From positions 1,736-65,735 of the forward strand of contig CAZBLB010000001.1 of NCBI GenBank assembly GCA_964492765.1: DNA of 64,000 nucleotides, in the 5' to 3' direction. Source of the DNA: an uncultured Candidatus Saccharibacteria bacterium. Its GTDB lineage: Bacteria > Patescibacteriota > Saccharimonadia > Saccharimonadales > Saccharimonadaceae. Positions 1 to 8,221 of the stretch are shown in pieces (within the stretch, counting starts at the first letter, position 1; every line of letters starts with the position of its first letter). The translations under genes were made by a program, and so were the position numbers. The notes under the pieces are model-generated. The model searched no databases. It saw only the letters and a program-made list of their open reading frames with translations, and was not told the origin of the DNA.

Positions 1-64
1 AAAGCGCGAAGAAGCTGAGGTGGGCATTAACGAACAACTAATCGTTGAGTATTACTCACGCTAA
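1..64 (+). CDS. rpsD: 30S ribosomal protein S4, C-terminal fragment (cut by window start)
   Basis: Frame 2 reads KREEAEVGINEQLIVEYYSR*, matching the S4 C-terminal motif NEQLIVEYYSR; directly upstream of rpoA as in the alpha operon. Confidence 0.9.
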   Translation, partial: KREEAEVGINEQLIVEYYSR

Positions 65-85
65 AGGTAAGGAGAGAAGAAAAAT

Positions 86-1024
86 ATGACAACTAAAGCC
101 ATCCACGAAGCAAATCTCGCCGAAGTCAACAGCCTCGGAGAGAACAGTGCTGAGTTTGTTATCAGACCGCTTTACTACGGCTATGGCAACACCCTCGGCA
201 ACTCCCTTCGCCGCGTTCTCCTGTCCAGCATCAAAGGCGCCGCCATCACGTCCTTCTCTATCGAAGGCACTAACCACGAATTTTCCGCCATTCCGGGCGT
301 TCGCGAAGATGTCGTCGACATCATGCTAAACCTTAAAAACATCCGTCTTAAGTCCCACTCCGACGAAGCTTACGAAGCCACCCTCGAAGTCAAAGGCACA
401 AAAGACGGCAACAAAAGCGTCACTGCTGCCGACATCAAGCTCCCCAGCAACGTCGAGCTCGGCAACCCTGACCAAATCATCTGCCACATCGACGACCCAA
501 ACTTTACGCTTAAAATGCGTTTTGTCATCGAGTCCGGTCGTGGCTACCTTACCATTGACGAGTCCAGCGCTTCCCGCACTCATGTCGACATGATTGCGCT
601 CGACGCTGTCTTTACCCCAGTTCTTCGTGTTCGCTACAAAGTAGAGAACACCCGCGTTGGTCAAGACACAAACCTCCAACAGCTCACGCTCACCGTCGAC
701 ACTGACGGCACTATCACCCCGCGCGAAGCTTTTGAAGAGGCCGCCGCCATCCTCGTCAACCAATACAAAGCCCTCGCTGGTGCAACCGAAGTCGAATCTG
801 CCCCAGCCCCAGGCGTTATGACCGAAGAAGACAACTCTGGTCTTACTCTTCCTATCGAAGAACTCGGTCTTTCCGCTCGCACTGCTAACGCGCTCACCAA
901 CAACAACATTAAGAACTTGAGCCAACTCATCAGCCTCACCGAGGCCCAGCTCAAAGAACTTAAAGGTTTTGGCGCAAAAGCTCTCGAGGAAGTTCAAGAA
1001 AAAATAACGGAGTTTAGAAAATAA
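86..1024 (+). CDS. rpoA: RNA polymerase alpha subunit
   Basis: GYGNTLGNSLRRVLLSS, HEFSAIPGVREDVVDIMLNLK, DAVFTPVLRVRYKVENTRVGQ; alpha-CTD IEELGLSARTANAL. Confidence 0.99.
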   Translation: MTTKAIHEANLAEVNSLGENSAEFVIRPLYYGYGNTLGNSLRRVLLSSIKGAAITSFSIEGTNHEFSAIPGVREDVVDIMLNLKNIRLKSHSDEAYEATLEVKGTKDGNKSVTAADIKLPSNVELGNPDQIICHIDDPNFTLKMRFVIESGRGYLTIDESSASRTHVDMIALDAVFTPVLRVRYKVENTRVGQDTNLQQLTLTVDTDGTITPREAFEEAAAILVNQYKALAGATEVESAPAPGVMTEEDNSGLTLPIEELGLSARTANALTNNNIKNLSQLISLTEAQLKELKGFGAKALEEVQEKITEFRK

Positions 1025-1025
1025 C

Positions 1026-1451
1026 ATGCACCGCCACGGATACAAAGGCCGCAAGTTCGGCCGCGAAACCGACCAGAGGCAAGCACTTCTTCGTGGGCTG
1101 ATGTGCTCTCTCGTTAAATACCAAACCATAACCACAACTCTCGCCAAAGCGAAGGAAATCCGTCGCCCGACCGAGAAGCTTATATCCCTCGCCAAAAAAG
1201 GCGACCTCGCTTCTCGCCGTCTCGTCATCGCTCGTCTCGATGACATCGCGACCGCCAGCCTTCTCGTCGACGTTATTGTTCCCCAGCTCAAACGCAATTC
1301 TGGCTACCTCAAAATCGAGCGCGCCGGTTTCCGCAAGGGCGACCACGCCGAAATGGCGACCATCTCTTTCGTCGACTCTATTGACACCGACTTAAAGGTC
1401 AAGACCGAGCCTAAAAAGCCAGCCGCTAAGGCCGAGAAAGGGAACAACTAA
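1026..1451 (+). CDS. rplQ: 50S ribosomal protein L17
   Basis: MHRHGYKGRKFGR, ITTTLAKAKE, RKGDHAEMA; follows rpoA. Confidence 0.98.
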   Translation: MHRHGYKGRKFGRETDQRQALLRGLMCSLVKYQTITTTLAKAKEIRRPTEKLISLAKKGDLASRRLVIARLDDIATASLLVDVIVPQLKRNSGYLKIERAGFRKGDHAEMATISFVDSIDTDLKVKTEPKKPAAKAEKGNN

Positions 1452-1453
1452 TC

Positions 1454-1879
1454 ATGAAAACTTATTCCCAAAAATCCGCTGAGATTTCCCGCGACTGGTG
1501 GGTCATCGACGCCTCGACTATGCCCCTCGGCAAGCTCGCCGTCGTCATCGCCGACAAGCTCATGGGCAAAAGCAAAGTCACTTTCACCCCCCACATCGAC
1601 AACGGCGACTACGTTATTGTCACCAATGCCAAAAACCTCGTCGCAACCGGCGACAAAATGACCGATAAAAAATATTATCGTCACTCTGGCTTCCCAGGTG
1701 GTTTGACCGAGCTCAGCCTCGCCGAAGTCATCGAAAAAGACCCCGCTCTCGTCATCGAGACCGCAGTCAAAGGCATGCTCCCGAAGAACAAACTTTCAAG
1801 CGACCGTCTCTCTCGCCTCCGCATTTTCGCAGGCAAAGAGCACACTCACGCCGCCCAAAACCCAAAGGAGATTAAATAA
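1454..1879 (+). CDS. rplM: 50S ribosomal protein L13
   Basis: WWVIDA, TPHIDNGDYVIVTNA, YYRHSGFPGGL, VKGMLPKNKL. Confidence 0.99.
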   Translation: MKTYSQKSAEISRDWWVIDASTMPLGKLAVVIADKLMGKSKVTFTPHIDNGDYVIVTNAKNLVATGDKMTDKKYYRHSGFPGGLTELSLAEVIEKDPALVIETAVKGMLPKNKLSSDRLSRLRIFAGKEHTHAAQNPKEIK

Positions 1880-2280
1880 TGCCCGAAAAAACCAAATATA
1901 TCTATGGTCTCGGCCGCAGAAAAGCCGCTTCCGCCCGCGCTCGCCTCTATAAAGGCAAGGGAGAAATCACCATCAACGGCAAATCCGCCCTTGAATATTT
2001 CTCCGGTAACAAAAGCTATGTCGCCGAAATCACCGACCCGCTTGCCCTCACCCAAAAACAAAAGGATTATGACATCTCTATCCGCGTCCTCGGTGGTGGC
2101 CTCGCTGGTCAAGTCGACGCTATCAAACTAGCTATCTCGAAGGCTCTCCAGACCGAGTCTCCTGACCTTCGTCCTGTTCTCAAGAAAGCTGGCTCGCTCA
2201 AGCGCGACCCACGCGAAAAAGAGCGCAAGAAATACGGTCTTCGCTCTGCTCGTAAGAAAGAACAGTTCAGCAAACGCTAA
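1879..2280 (+). CDS. rpsI: 30S ribosomal protein S9
   Basis: GLGRRKAASAR, GGGLAGQVDAI, RDPREKERKKYGLRSARKKEQFSKR. Confidence 0.99.
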   Translation: MPEKTKYIYGLGRRKAASARARLYKGKGEITINGKSALEYFSGNKSYVAEITDPLALTQKQKDYDISIRVLGGGLAGQVDAIKLAISKALQTESPDLRPVLKKAGSLKRDPREKERKKYGLRSARKKEQFSKR

Positions 2281-2289
2281 ATCGTTCAG

Positions 2290-2320
2290 AAAAATAGGAA
2301 GTTCGCTTCCTATTTTTTTT
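2290..2320 (+). terminator. Rho-independent terminator after rpsI
   Basis: AAAAATAGGAAG-TTCG-CTTCCTATTTTT hairpin with T-tract. Confidence 0.9.
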
Positions 2321-2363
2321 GATGTCAATCACACTACAAAATACCCCATCAAACTCGCTACTA

Positions 2364-2392
2364 TTGACTATCCTCACCATTAGTGCTATAAT
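2364..2392 (+). promoter_or_regulatory. sigma70-type promoter
   Basis: TTGACT-17 bp-TATAAT with extended TG; AGGAGG RBS before ATG 2420. Confidence 0.8.
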
Positions 2393-2419
2393 AAAGACAT
2401 AATCTATTCAGGAGGCCTC

Positions 2420-3100
2420 ATGGCCGCTTTTTTTATCAGAAAATCTCCTAATTTTTCCTCTTTCCGCTCTCTAAAAGCTTTCTTTTCAAAAACTAAAAAT
2501 AAAGACGACACCCCCGACGCCCGCCCCATCGAAGAAATCCAACGTTCCGAAGCTCTCGAGATTCTCGCCGAAATCTTTATTTCTTGGCAATCTCTCTGGA
2601 AAAACACCAAAGACACCCTCGGCGACCTTCACCTCTCCGAGCACAATCTCCGTCGCGTCAATTTTTACGAGACCGAACAACGTCGGTCTGTCGTCATTCT
2701 CCTCTCCGAGCTTCTTGTCGCCTGGGAACTTTCCGACACTCCTACTTTCTCCGACCTCACCGTCGCCCTCGCTAAAGAACTCCGCCCCTCCTACCCCTAT
2801 GTAGAATATGACCCCGAAGAAACCCTTACCCTCTCGCCCACCGAATTTTCTATCCTCAGAAACTACATCAAATCCATCTCTATCCTCCTTAAAGAGTCTA
2901 TCTCCGACCTCCAAAACCTCGCCACCAAACGTCTTTCTTTCAGCTCCAAACCTCTCACGCTCGACGCCGCCGAAGCCCTCCTCCGCGACCGTCTCGGCCT
3001 CTCTTATTTCGATTTTGTTGACTTTGACTCCAAAAAAGGCTTCCAAAAAGGTTATTATCCCGCCCTTCTTCAAGAGTCCACCGACCTCAATCTTATCTAG
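2420..3100 (+). CDS. hypothetical protein (226 aa)
   Basis: ORF with its own promoter and AGGAGG RBS; host-like C-ending codons; no motif recognised. Confidence 0.8.
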   Translation: MAAFFIRKSPNFSSFRSLKAFFSKTKNKDDTPDARPIEEIQRSEALEILAEIFISWQSLWKNTKDTLGDLHLSEHNLRRVNFYETEQRRSVVILLSELLVAWELSDTPTFSDLTVALAKELRPSYPYVEYDPEETLTLSPTEFSILRNYIKSISILLKESISDLQNLATKRLSFSSKPLTLDAAEALLRDRLGLSYFDFVDFDSKKGFQKGYYPALLQESTDLNLI

Positions 3101-3128
3101 CCTCGACCCTGTTCGACGCTATCCCATA

Positions 3129-3157
3129 TTGACTTTTTTACTAGCTTATGCTATAAT
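3129..3157 (+). promoter_or_regulatory. sigma70-type promoter
   Basis: TTGACT-17 bp-TATAAT; AGGAGG RBS before ATG 3203. Confidence 0.8.
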
Positions 3158-3202
3158 AAGAGAGTTAGGCTTTGCCTACGCATCTTAAAAGGAGGTCGGT
3201 TT

Positions 3203-3703
3203 ATGAAACTGTACCAAGTCTATCTGCCAGACGGCTCCGAAAAACTCCGCGCCGAGCGCGAAGAAAACGAAATTGTTATCATCGAATCCGACACGTTCGC
3301 GGGTGTCGAGGAGCTCCTGGATAAGGGTCTCCACGTCCCCGACGCCGCCAAGCCTTTTCTGAACAACCTGCTCTCCGGAACCTCTCCCCAGGTTCTCGAA
3401 AGCGTCACGATTACCGACAACGCCCTCGTCGTCGAAGCGAGCTGTTCGCATGCGACTAAGCATCGCGGGAACATCTTGAGGAAGTATGAACACGTCCTCG
3501 GATATCTCGAAACGGCCACAGCTCAGGTCATTCGCGTCAGCGCGCTCAAAAACGATATTCCGCACCAGGAAATCGTCGCCATCATCGGCGACGAAGAAAT
3601 CCTCATCTACGACTTCACAACGAAACAGAGCGGTTTAGACGAAGACAGCACGTATTACATCTCGCGCCACCACCCCGTCGAGTTCATCGACGAAGAGGCC
3701 TGA
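3203..3703 (+). CDS. hypothetical acidic protein (166 aa)
   Basis: ORF with promoter, RBS and terminator; TGA stop; weaker C-skew than neighbours. Confidence 0.8.
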   Translation: MKLYQVYLPDGSEKLRAEREENEIVIIESDTFAGVEELLDKGLHVPDAAKPFLNNLLSGTSPQVLESVTITDNALVVEASCSHATKHRGNILRKYEHVLGYLETATAQVIRVSALKNDIPHQEIVAIIGDEEILIYDFTTKQSGLDEDSTYYISRHHPVEFIDEEA

Positions 3704-3778
3704 ACCTGTCCTCGCCCCACGAGCGCCCGCTTAGGCCTAAGCGTCCGTCCTCACCGTCGCCCCGCCTCCGACCCCTCC

Positions 3779-3806
3779 GCCCTGCCACACGGCAGGGCTT
3801 TTTCTT
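3779..3806 (+). terminator. Rho-independent terminator
   Basis: GCCCTGCC-ACAC-GGCAGGGC-TTTTTCTT. Confidence 0.85.
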
Positions 3807-3902
3807 ACCCAAACGCCCGCCTACCACCAACCGCCTCTCTCCACTCGCCCCAACCACCCCCTCCACTCCTCCAACCGTTCTATCTCCCACCCTCCTCGCT
3901 AT

Positions 3903-3930
3903 CAAAAAAAAGACCTTCATGGTCTTTCTC
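3903..3930 (-). terminator. terminator downstream of tRNA-Leu
   Basis: Minus strand AAAGACC-ATGAA-GGTCTTT followed by a long T-tract. Confidence 0.75.
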
Positions 3931-4017
3931 TGGTGGGCAACTCGGGAATCGAACCCGAACTCCCTTGCGGGAACCAGATTTTGAGTCTAGCGCGTCTACC
4001 AGTTCCGCCAGTCGCCC
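3931..4017 (-). tRNA. tRNA-Leu(CAA)
   Basis: Reverse complement GGGCGAC...TGGTAGACGCG CTAGA-CTCAAAA-TCTGG, long variable arm, GGTTCGATTCC T-arm, encoded CCA; 87 nt. Confidence 0.96.
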
Positions 4018-4136
4018 AACACCTCTATTTTACCACCCCTCGCCTCTCCCCGCAACCGCCCTGCCATTCTATTCCGTCAAATCCTCCGCAACCGCCCCGA
4101 CGTTCTAATCCGTCCAACTCCCCACCACCGCCCCCT

Positions 4137-5420
4137 CTACGGCAATATCTTCTCCTCAAACCACCTCTTTATCCGCTCAAACAACGTCTCCTCATTCCTC
4201 GGCATCTCCACCCCCTCCTCCGGCTCCGCCACCGCCGGCTCATCACCTTTCTCTGCCGTCTCATAACTCGGGCTAATCTGCTCTGCCGTCACGAGCAACC
4301 TATACCTACTCGTCCCTAGCGGCCAACACGTCACCAGCGTCAATATCGGCTTATCCGTCTCGTAAACCAACTTCGACACCTCCGACGGCTCAATCACCTC
4401 ATTTTTCACCATCTTATACGTATATCTCGTCTCGTTATAATGCACATAAATAATATCTCCCGCCTCAAGCCTCTCCAGTCCCGAAAAAATAAACTTATAC
4501 TGATTGTTCGAATAAATATCCCCCGCCGAATGTCCCGTAATCACAAAGTTTCCTATCTCGCCCGGAAACGCACTCGCCCCAGAAATGCGATAGTGCACCA
4601 CTCCTTGATTCATCGCTTTCATCACCCCATCAAGCCCCACCCCAAACTCAATCGGCACGTCCACGTTTAGCTTCGGAATAATCAACTTATTTTCCGCCGA
4701 CACCTTCGTCAGCGTCACCGTCGGATCAAGCGGAGAAATTTCCTCCGGCAACTGCTCCCCAGGCGACACGTACGCCATAATCGGTGCAAAAATCAACCTG
4801 TTATACTGCAAAAAGAGAATCGTTAGCATCACCGCCACCCCCGCAAAAATCGGCGTCAGCCACCTCCTTCTCGACCACCTCTTTTTTTCCTCTGCTCTTG
4901 CCCTTATTCTCGCCTTAAAACTTCGCTCTTCGCTCGCCTCTTTTTCCGCCGCCCCCGACATCACCGCCCCTTTTATTCCTCCATCATGCACGTCGCTCGG
5001 TTTCGCACTCCCCTCTGCCTGCGCCCGAATATTTTTTACCTGTTCTTTCGCAACATATTCCTTCGCCGCGTTCATATAATATTCACTATAATATTTCTGA
5101 TAATAATCCTGCCAAGCTGTATGATACTTCTTCCATTCCTCATTAGAAACCTGCCGAATTACCGGCGTCGAACTCACCCCCAAAACCCCTCGCGACCTCT
5201 GTAAATCCGTATTTTTGAGCGCGGAGCGATTTTCCGACATTTTTCCCGCCACCCCCTCAGATTTCTGCTCCTCTTTTTCCTGTTTCTTAATAAAATCCGC
5301 CGCTACCTCTACCTCTTTTTTCTCATACGCAAGCAAAACCTTCCGCCGCGCAATCTCGGCGGCGGTCTGTCTCTGACGTTCCTCAGGAGATAACCCACCG
5401 TTTTTAGAATCCATATACAT
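4137..5420 (-). CDS. sortase family protein with long N-terminal region and one TM anchor
   Basis: LIIPKLNVDVPI, NFVITGHSAG (His), TLVTCWPLGTSRYRLLV (TLxTC and Arg). Confidence 0.92.
   Translation of the reverse strand: MYMDSKNGGLSPEERQRQTAAEIARRKVLLAYEKKEVEVAADFIKKQEKEEQKSEGVAGKMSENRSALKNTDLQRSRGVLGVSSTPVIRQVSNEEWKKYHTAWQDYYQKYYSEYYMNAAKEYVAKEQVKNIRAQAEGSAKPSDVHDGGIKGAVMSGAAEKEASEERSFKARIRARAEEKKRWSRRRWLTPIFAGVAVMLTILFLQYNRLIFAPIMAYVSPGEQLPEEISPLDPTVTLTKVSAENKLIIPKLNVDVPIEFGVGLDGVMKAMNQGVVHYRISGASAFPGEIGNFVITGHSAGDIYSNNQYKFIFSGLERLEAGDIIYVHYNETRYTYKMVKNEVIEPSEVSKLVYETDKPILTLVTCWPLGTSRYRLLVTAEQISPSYETAEKGDEPAVAEPEEGVEMPRNEETLFERIKRWFEEKILP
5213..5239 (+). repeat. dispersed motif TTTTGAGCGCGGA-N7-TCCGAMA, copy 1 (in sortase, antisense)
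   Basis: TTTTGAGCGCGGA-GCGATTT-TCCGACA. Confidence 0.9.
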
Positions 5421-5458
5421 TATTATATCATAAAGTCCTGTGTTATAATAAAAATATC

Positions 5459-6001
5459 ATGTTCGACACTACACCTTACGAAAAAGCTATGACCGAAGCT
5501 TTAAACCACTTCAAAGACGAGCTTAAAAAAGTTCGCACCGGTCGCGCCCACCCCGACATGCTCGCCGGCATCAAAGTCGAGGCCTACGGCCAATGGATGC
5601 CCCTTAACCAAGTTGCCAACACCACCGCCCAAGGCGCTTCGCTCCTCCTCGTCACCCCTTACGACCCTTCCACTATCCCCGCCATCTCAAATGCCATCCG
5701 TTCCGACTCCACCCTCGGGCTTAACCCCGCCGACGATGGTCGTGTCGTCCGCGTCCCTATTCCTCCTCTAACCGAAGAACGTCGTAAAGAAATCGTCAAA
5801 ACCACCTCACATTTTGTCGAAGATGCCAAAGTCAAGGTTCGCAACGTCCGCGAAGACGCCCGTAAATCCCTCAAAGCCGCCGAGCTCCCCGAAGACGCCA
5901 AAAAGCGCGCCGAAAAATCCATCGACGACCTCACCAAAAAATTCAACGACGCCATCGACTCCGAGTTCAAACTCAAAGAAAAAGAACTCCTCACGCTCTA
6001 A
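5459..6001 (+). CDS. frr: ribosome recycling factor
   Basis: RTGRAHPDML, LGLNPADDG, IPPLTEERRKEIVK, VRNVREDA. Confidence 0.98.
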   Translation: MFDTTPYEKAMTEALNHFKDELKKVRTGRAHPDMLAGIKVEAYGQWMPLNQVANTTAQGASLLLVTPYDPSTIPAISNAIRSDSTLGLNPADDGRVVRVPIPPLTEERRKEIVKTTSHFVEDAKVKVRNVREDARKSLKAAELPEDAKKRAEKSIDDLTKKFNDAIDSEFKLKEKELLTL

Positions 6002-6022
6002 AACTTGTGTTAAAATAAACAT

Positions 6023-7408
6023 ATGCAAGTTATTTTAGGTATTATTGTTGGTCTTTTATCTTTAATGTTTCTCATCGTCGCGCACGAGTTTGGTCATTTT
6101 CTCATGGCCAGAAAAAACGGCGTCCGCGTCAAAGAGTTTGGCATCGGCTTTCCCCCGCGCGCCGTCGCCTGGATAAAAACCTCTAAAAAACCCAAAATTT
6201 TGAGCGCGGACAAAACTTCCGACATAAAAAAGTCCAAGAGCTCTAAATCCGCCTCCTCCGCCCCTGTTAAATCTTGGTCTCTCCTCAAAAAATCCGACTG
6301 GAAAAATCCTCAAGATTCTTTAATTTTCAGTCTCAACTGGCTCCCGATTGGCGGCTTCTGTGCCATGGATGGCGAATCCGACGCCGATACTAAACCTGGT
6401 ACGTTCGGCGCCGCCTCCTTCTGGAAAAAGACCAAAATCCTCTTCGGTGGCGTCCTCATGAACTGGCTCGTCGCCTTCATTATTTTCACCATCCTTTGTT
6501 GGACTGGCTTGCCCGAAATCCTAAACCACCAGTTTACGGTCAAGTCCGACGAAAAAGTCTCCGTTTCCGCTCCGCTGACAGTCGCCGAAGTATTAGAAGG
6601 CTCGCCTGCCGCCGAAGCTGGGTTCTTGCCAGGAGATGTGTTGCTTGATGTTAGTTATAAAGAAAGCGCCGAGGTCACAGAAACCAAAACCCTGTTGACT
6701 GCCGACGACGTCATAGATTTTAACGCCACCCATGCCGGCCAAACTCTCACCTACACCGTCGTCGAAAGCGACCGCTCTGACGCCACAAAAGATGATGTCA
6801 AGACAGAGAACAACGAAAACGAAACGGCCAGTAAAACCCCCGTCAACGAGTTCGGAGAAAAAACTTTAACCGTCAAACTTAACGACGCAGATGCCGATTA
6901 TCTTTTAGGTATCACTATGGATTCAGGCATAAAAACCATGCGTTATGGCTGGTCTGCCCCTGTCGTTGGCGCTGGGCTGACCGTCCAAACCACCCTCGAG
7001 ACCTATCACGGGCTCTGGCTCATGCTTAAAAATCTCATCACCGGCGCCGCTCGCCAAATTTCCCCCGACGCCGAAACCAGAAAAGAAGGCCGCACCCAAG
7101 TCTCCGAGGCCACCGAAGGCGTCTCTGGCATCGTCGGCATCATCGGCGGATACTTCCCAGGCCTAGTCTCCTCTGGCGCAACATACGTCTTTCTGTTTAT
7201 GGCGGTCATCTCTGTTTCGCTGGCTTGCATGAACGTCCTGCCCATCCCTGCGCTCGATGGCGGCCGGTGGCTTATGATAGCTATTGCTAGGTTGAGACAT
7301 AAAAGGCTCACGAAGGAAAGGGAACAGACCATCGTCGCCAAAGCCTTCATTTTCCTTCTCATTCTCATGGCTATCATCACCGTCGTTGACATCATAAGGT
7401 TGTTTTAA
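6023..7408 (+). CDS. rseP: M50 intramembrane metalloprotease with PDZ domain (RseP)
   Basis: HEFGH zinc motif, LPIGGFC, NVLPIPALDGG. Confidence 0.93.
   Translation: MQVILGIIVGLLSLMFLIVAHEFGHFLMARKNGVRVKEFGIGFPPRAVAWIKTSKKPKILSADKTSDIKKSKSSKSASSAPVKSWSLLKKSDWKNPQDSLIFSLNWLPIGGFCAMDGESDADTKPGTFGAASFWKKTKILFGGVLMNWLVAFIIFTILCWTGLPEILNHQFTVKSDEKVSVSAPLTVAEVLEGSPAAEAGFLPGDVLLDVSYKESAEVTETKTLLTADDVIDFNATHAGQTLTYTVVESDRSDATKDDVKTENNENETASKTPVNEFGEKTLTVKLNDADADYLLGITMDSGIKTMRYGWSAPVVGAGLTVQTTLETYHGLWLMLKNLITGAARQISPDAETRKEGRTQVSEATEGVSGIVGIIGGYFPGLVSSGATYVFLFMAVISVSLACMNVLPIPALDGGRWLMIAIARLRHKRLTKEREQTIVAKAFIFLLILMAIITVVDIIRLF
6198..6224 (+). repeat. dispersed motif copy 2 (in rseP)
   Basis: TTTTGAGCGCGGA-CAAAACT-TCCGACA. 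Confidence 0.9.
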
Positions 7409-8202
7409 TGAATACTCAGTCAGAAAAAGCCGAAGCGCAAAAAAAGCACGCTAAACCCAAAAAAACACAGAATAACACCGTTGTTCGGAGAGTCATAAAC
7501 ATCATCCTTCTGACCGCCTGGGTCGGCGTCGTCCTTTATCTCTGTGGCTATATCGTTTCCTACGGCGTTTACGGGCTTTGTTGGCTGCTTAGAGTCCCTA
7601 TGCCGACCACTCCGGTCTGGATGACTCTTTACAATACCCTTATTTACACACTGGCCGTCATCATTATCGTTTTTATCCCCGTTAAAGTCTTTAAGGTTTG
7701 GAAAACCAATCGAAACGAACTTGGTTTTTCTCGTCTCCTTCCGACTTGGAGCGACCTCGGGCTTGCCCCTATCGGCTTCATTGTCTATCTTTTCGCCGCC
7801 TATCTTTTTCTCCAAGTCGCCGCCCAACTTTTCCCCGGCCTTAATCTCGAAGAGGCTCAAGAACTCGGCTATGACTTTTTGTCCAGTGGTCTCGACCGCG
7901 TCGTCGCTTTCTTCGCCCTCTGTATCGTCTCCCCTATCGCCGAAGAGCTCATCTTCCGCGGCTGGCTCTACGGGAAACTCCGCGCCAAAATCCCCGGAAA
8001 ATTTTCCGTCGTTTTGTCCACCCTTATCGTCTCTATTCTTTTCGGATTCATGCACGGTCAATGGAATGTCGGACTTAACGTCTTCGTCATGTCCCTAGTC
8101 CTCTGCGCCCTCCGAGAAATCACCGGTACTATTCATTCTGGTATTGTTCTCCACATCTTAAAAAACACCGTCGCCTTCGCTCTTCTTTATCTAATTATCT
8201 AA
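7408..8202 (+). CDS. CPBP/CAAX-protease family intramembrane metalloprotease
   Basis: PIAEELIFRG, FGFMHGQ, HILKN; multiple TM segments. Confidence 0.92.
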   Translation: MNTQSEKAEAQKKHAKPKKTQNNTVVRRVINIILLTAWVGVVLYLCGYIVSYGVYGLCWLLRVPMPTTPVWMTLYNTLIYTLAVIIIVFIPVKVFKVWKTNRNELGFSRLLPTWSDLGLAPIGFIVYLFAAYLFLQVAAQLFPGLNLEEAQELGYDFLSSGLDRVVAFFALCIVSPIAEELIFRGWLYGKLRAKIPGKFSVVLSTLIVSILFGFMHGQWNVGLNVFVMSLVLCALREITGTIHSGIVLHILKNTVAFALLYLII

Positions 8203-8221
8203 TATATGTTATAATATATTT

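Noticed and set aside
3538-3556. Partial motif matches: 3541-3555 (TTTTTGAGCGCG on minus), 7979-7990, 12101-12109, 25445-25455, 29935-29943
   Set aside because: They lack the N7-TCCGA half and are short enough to arise by chance; not counted as copies
5410-5435. dif-like ATAATGTATAT on the minus strand
   Set aside because: The XerD arm (TATGTTAAAT-like) is absent; the sequence is the sortase -10 box and start codon
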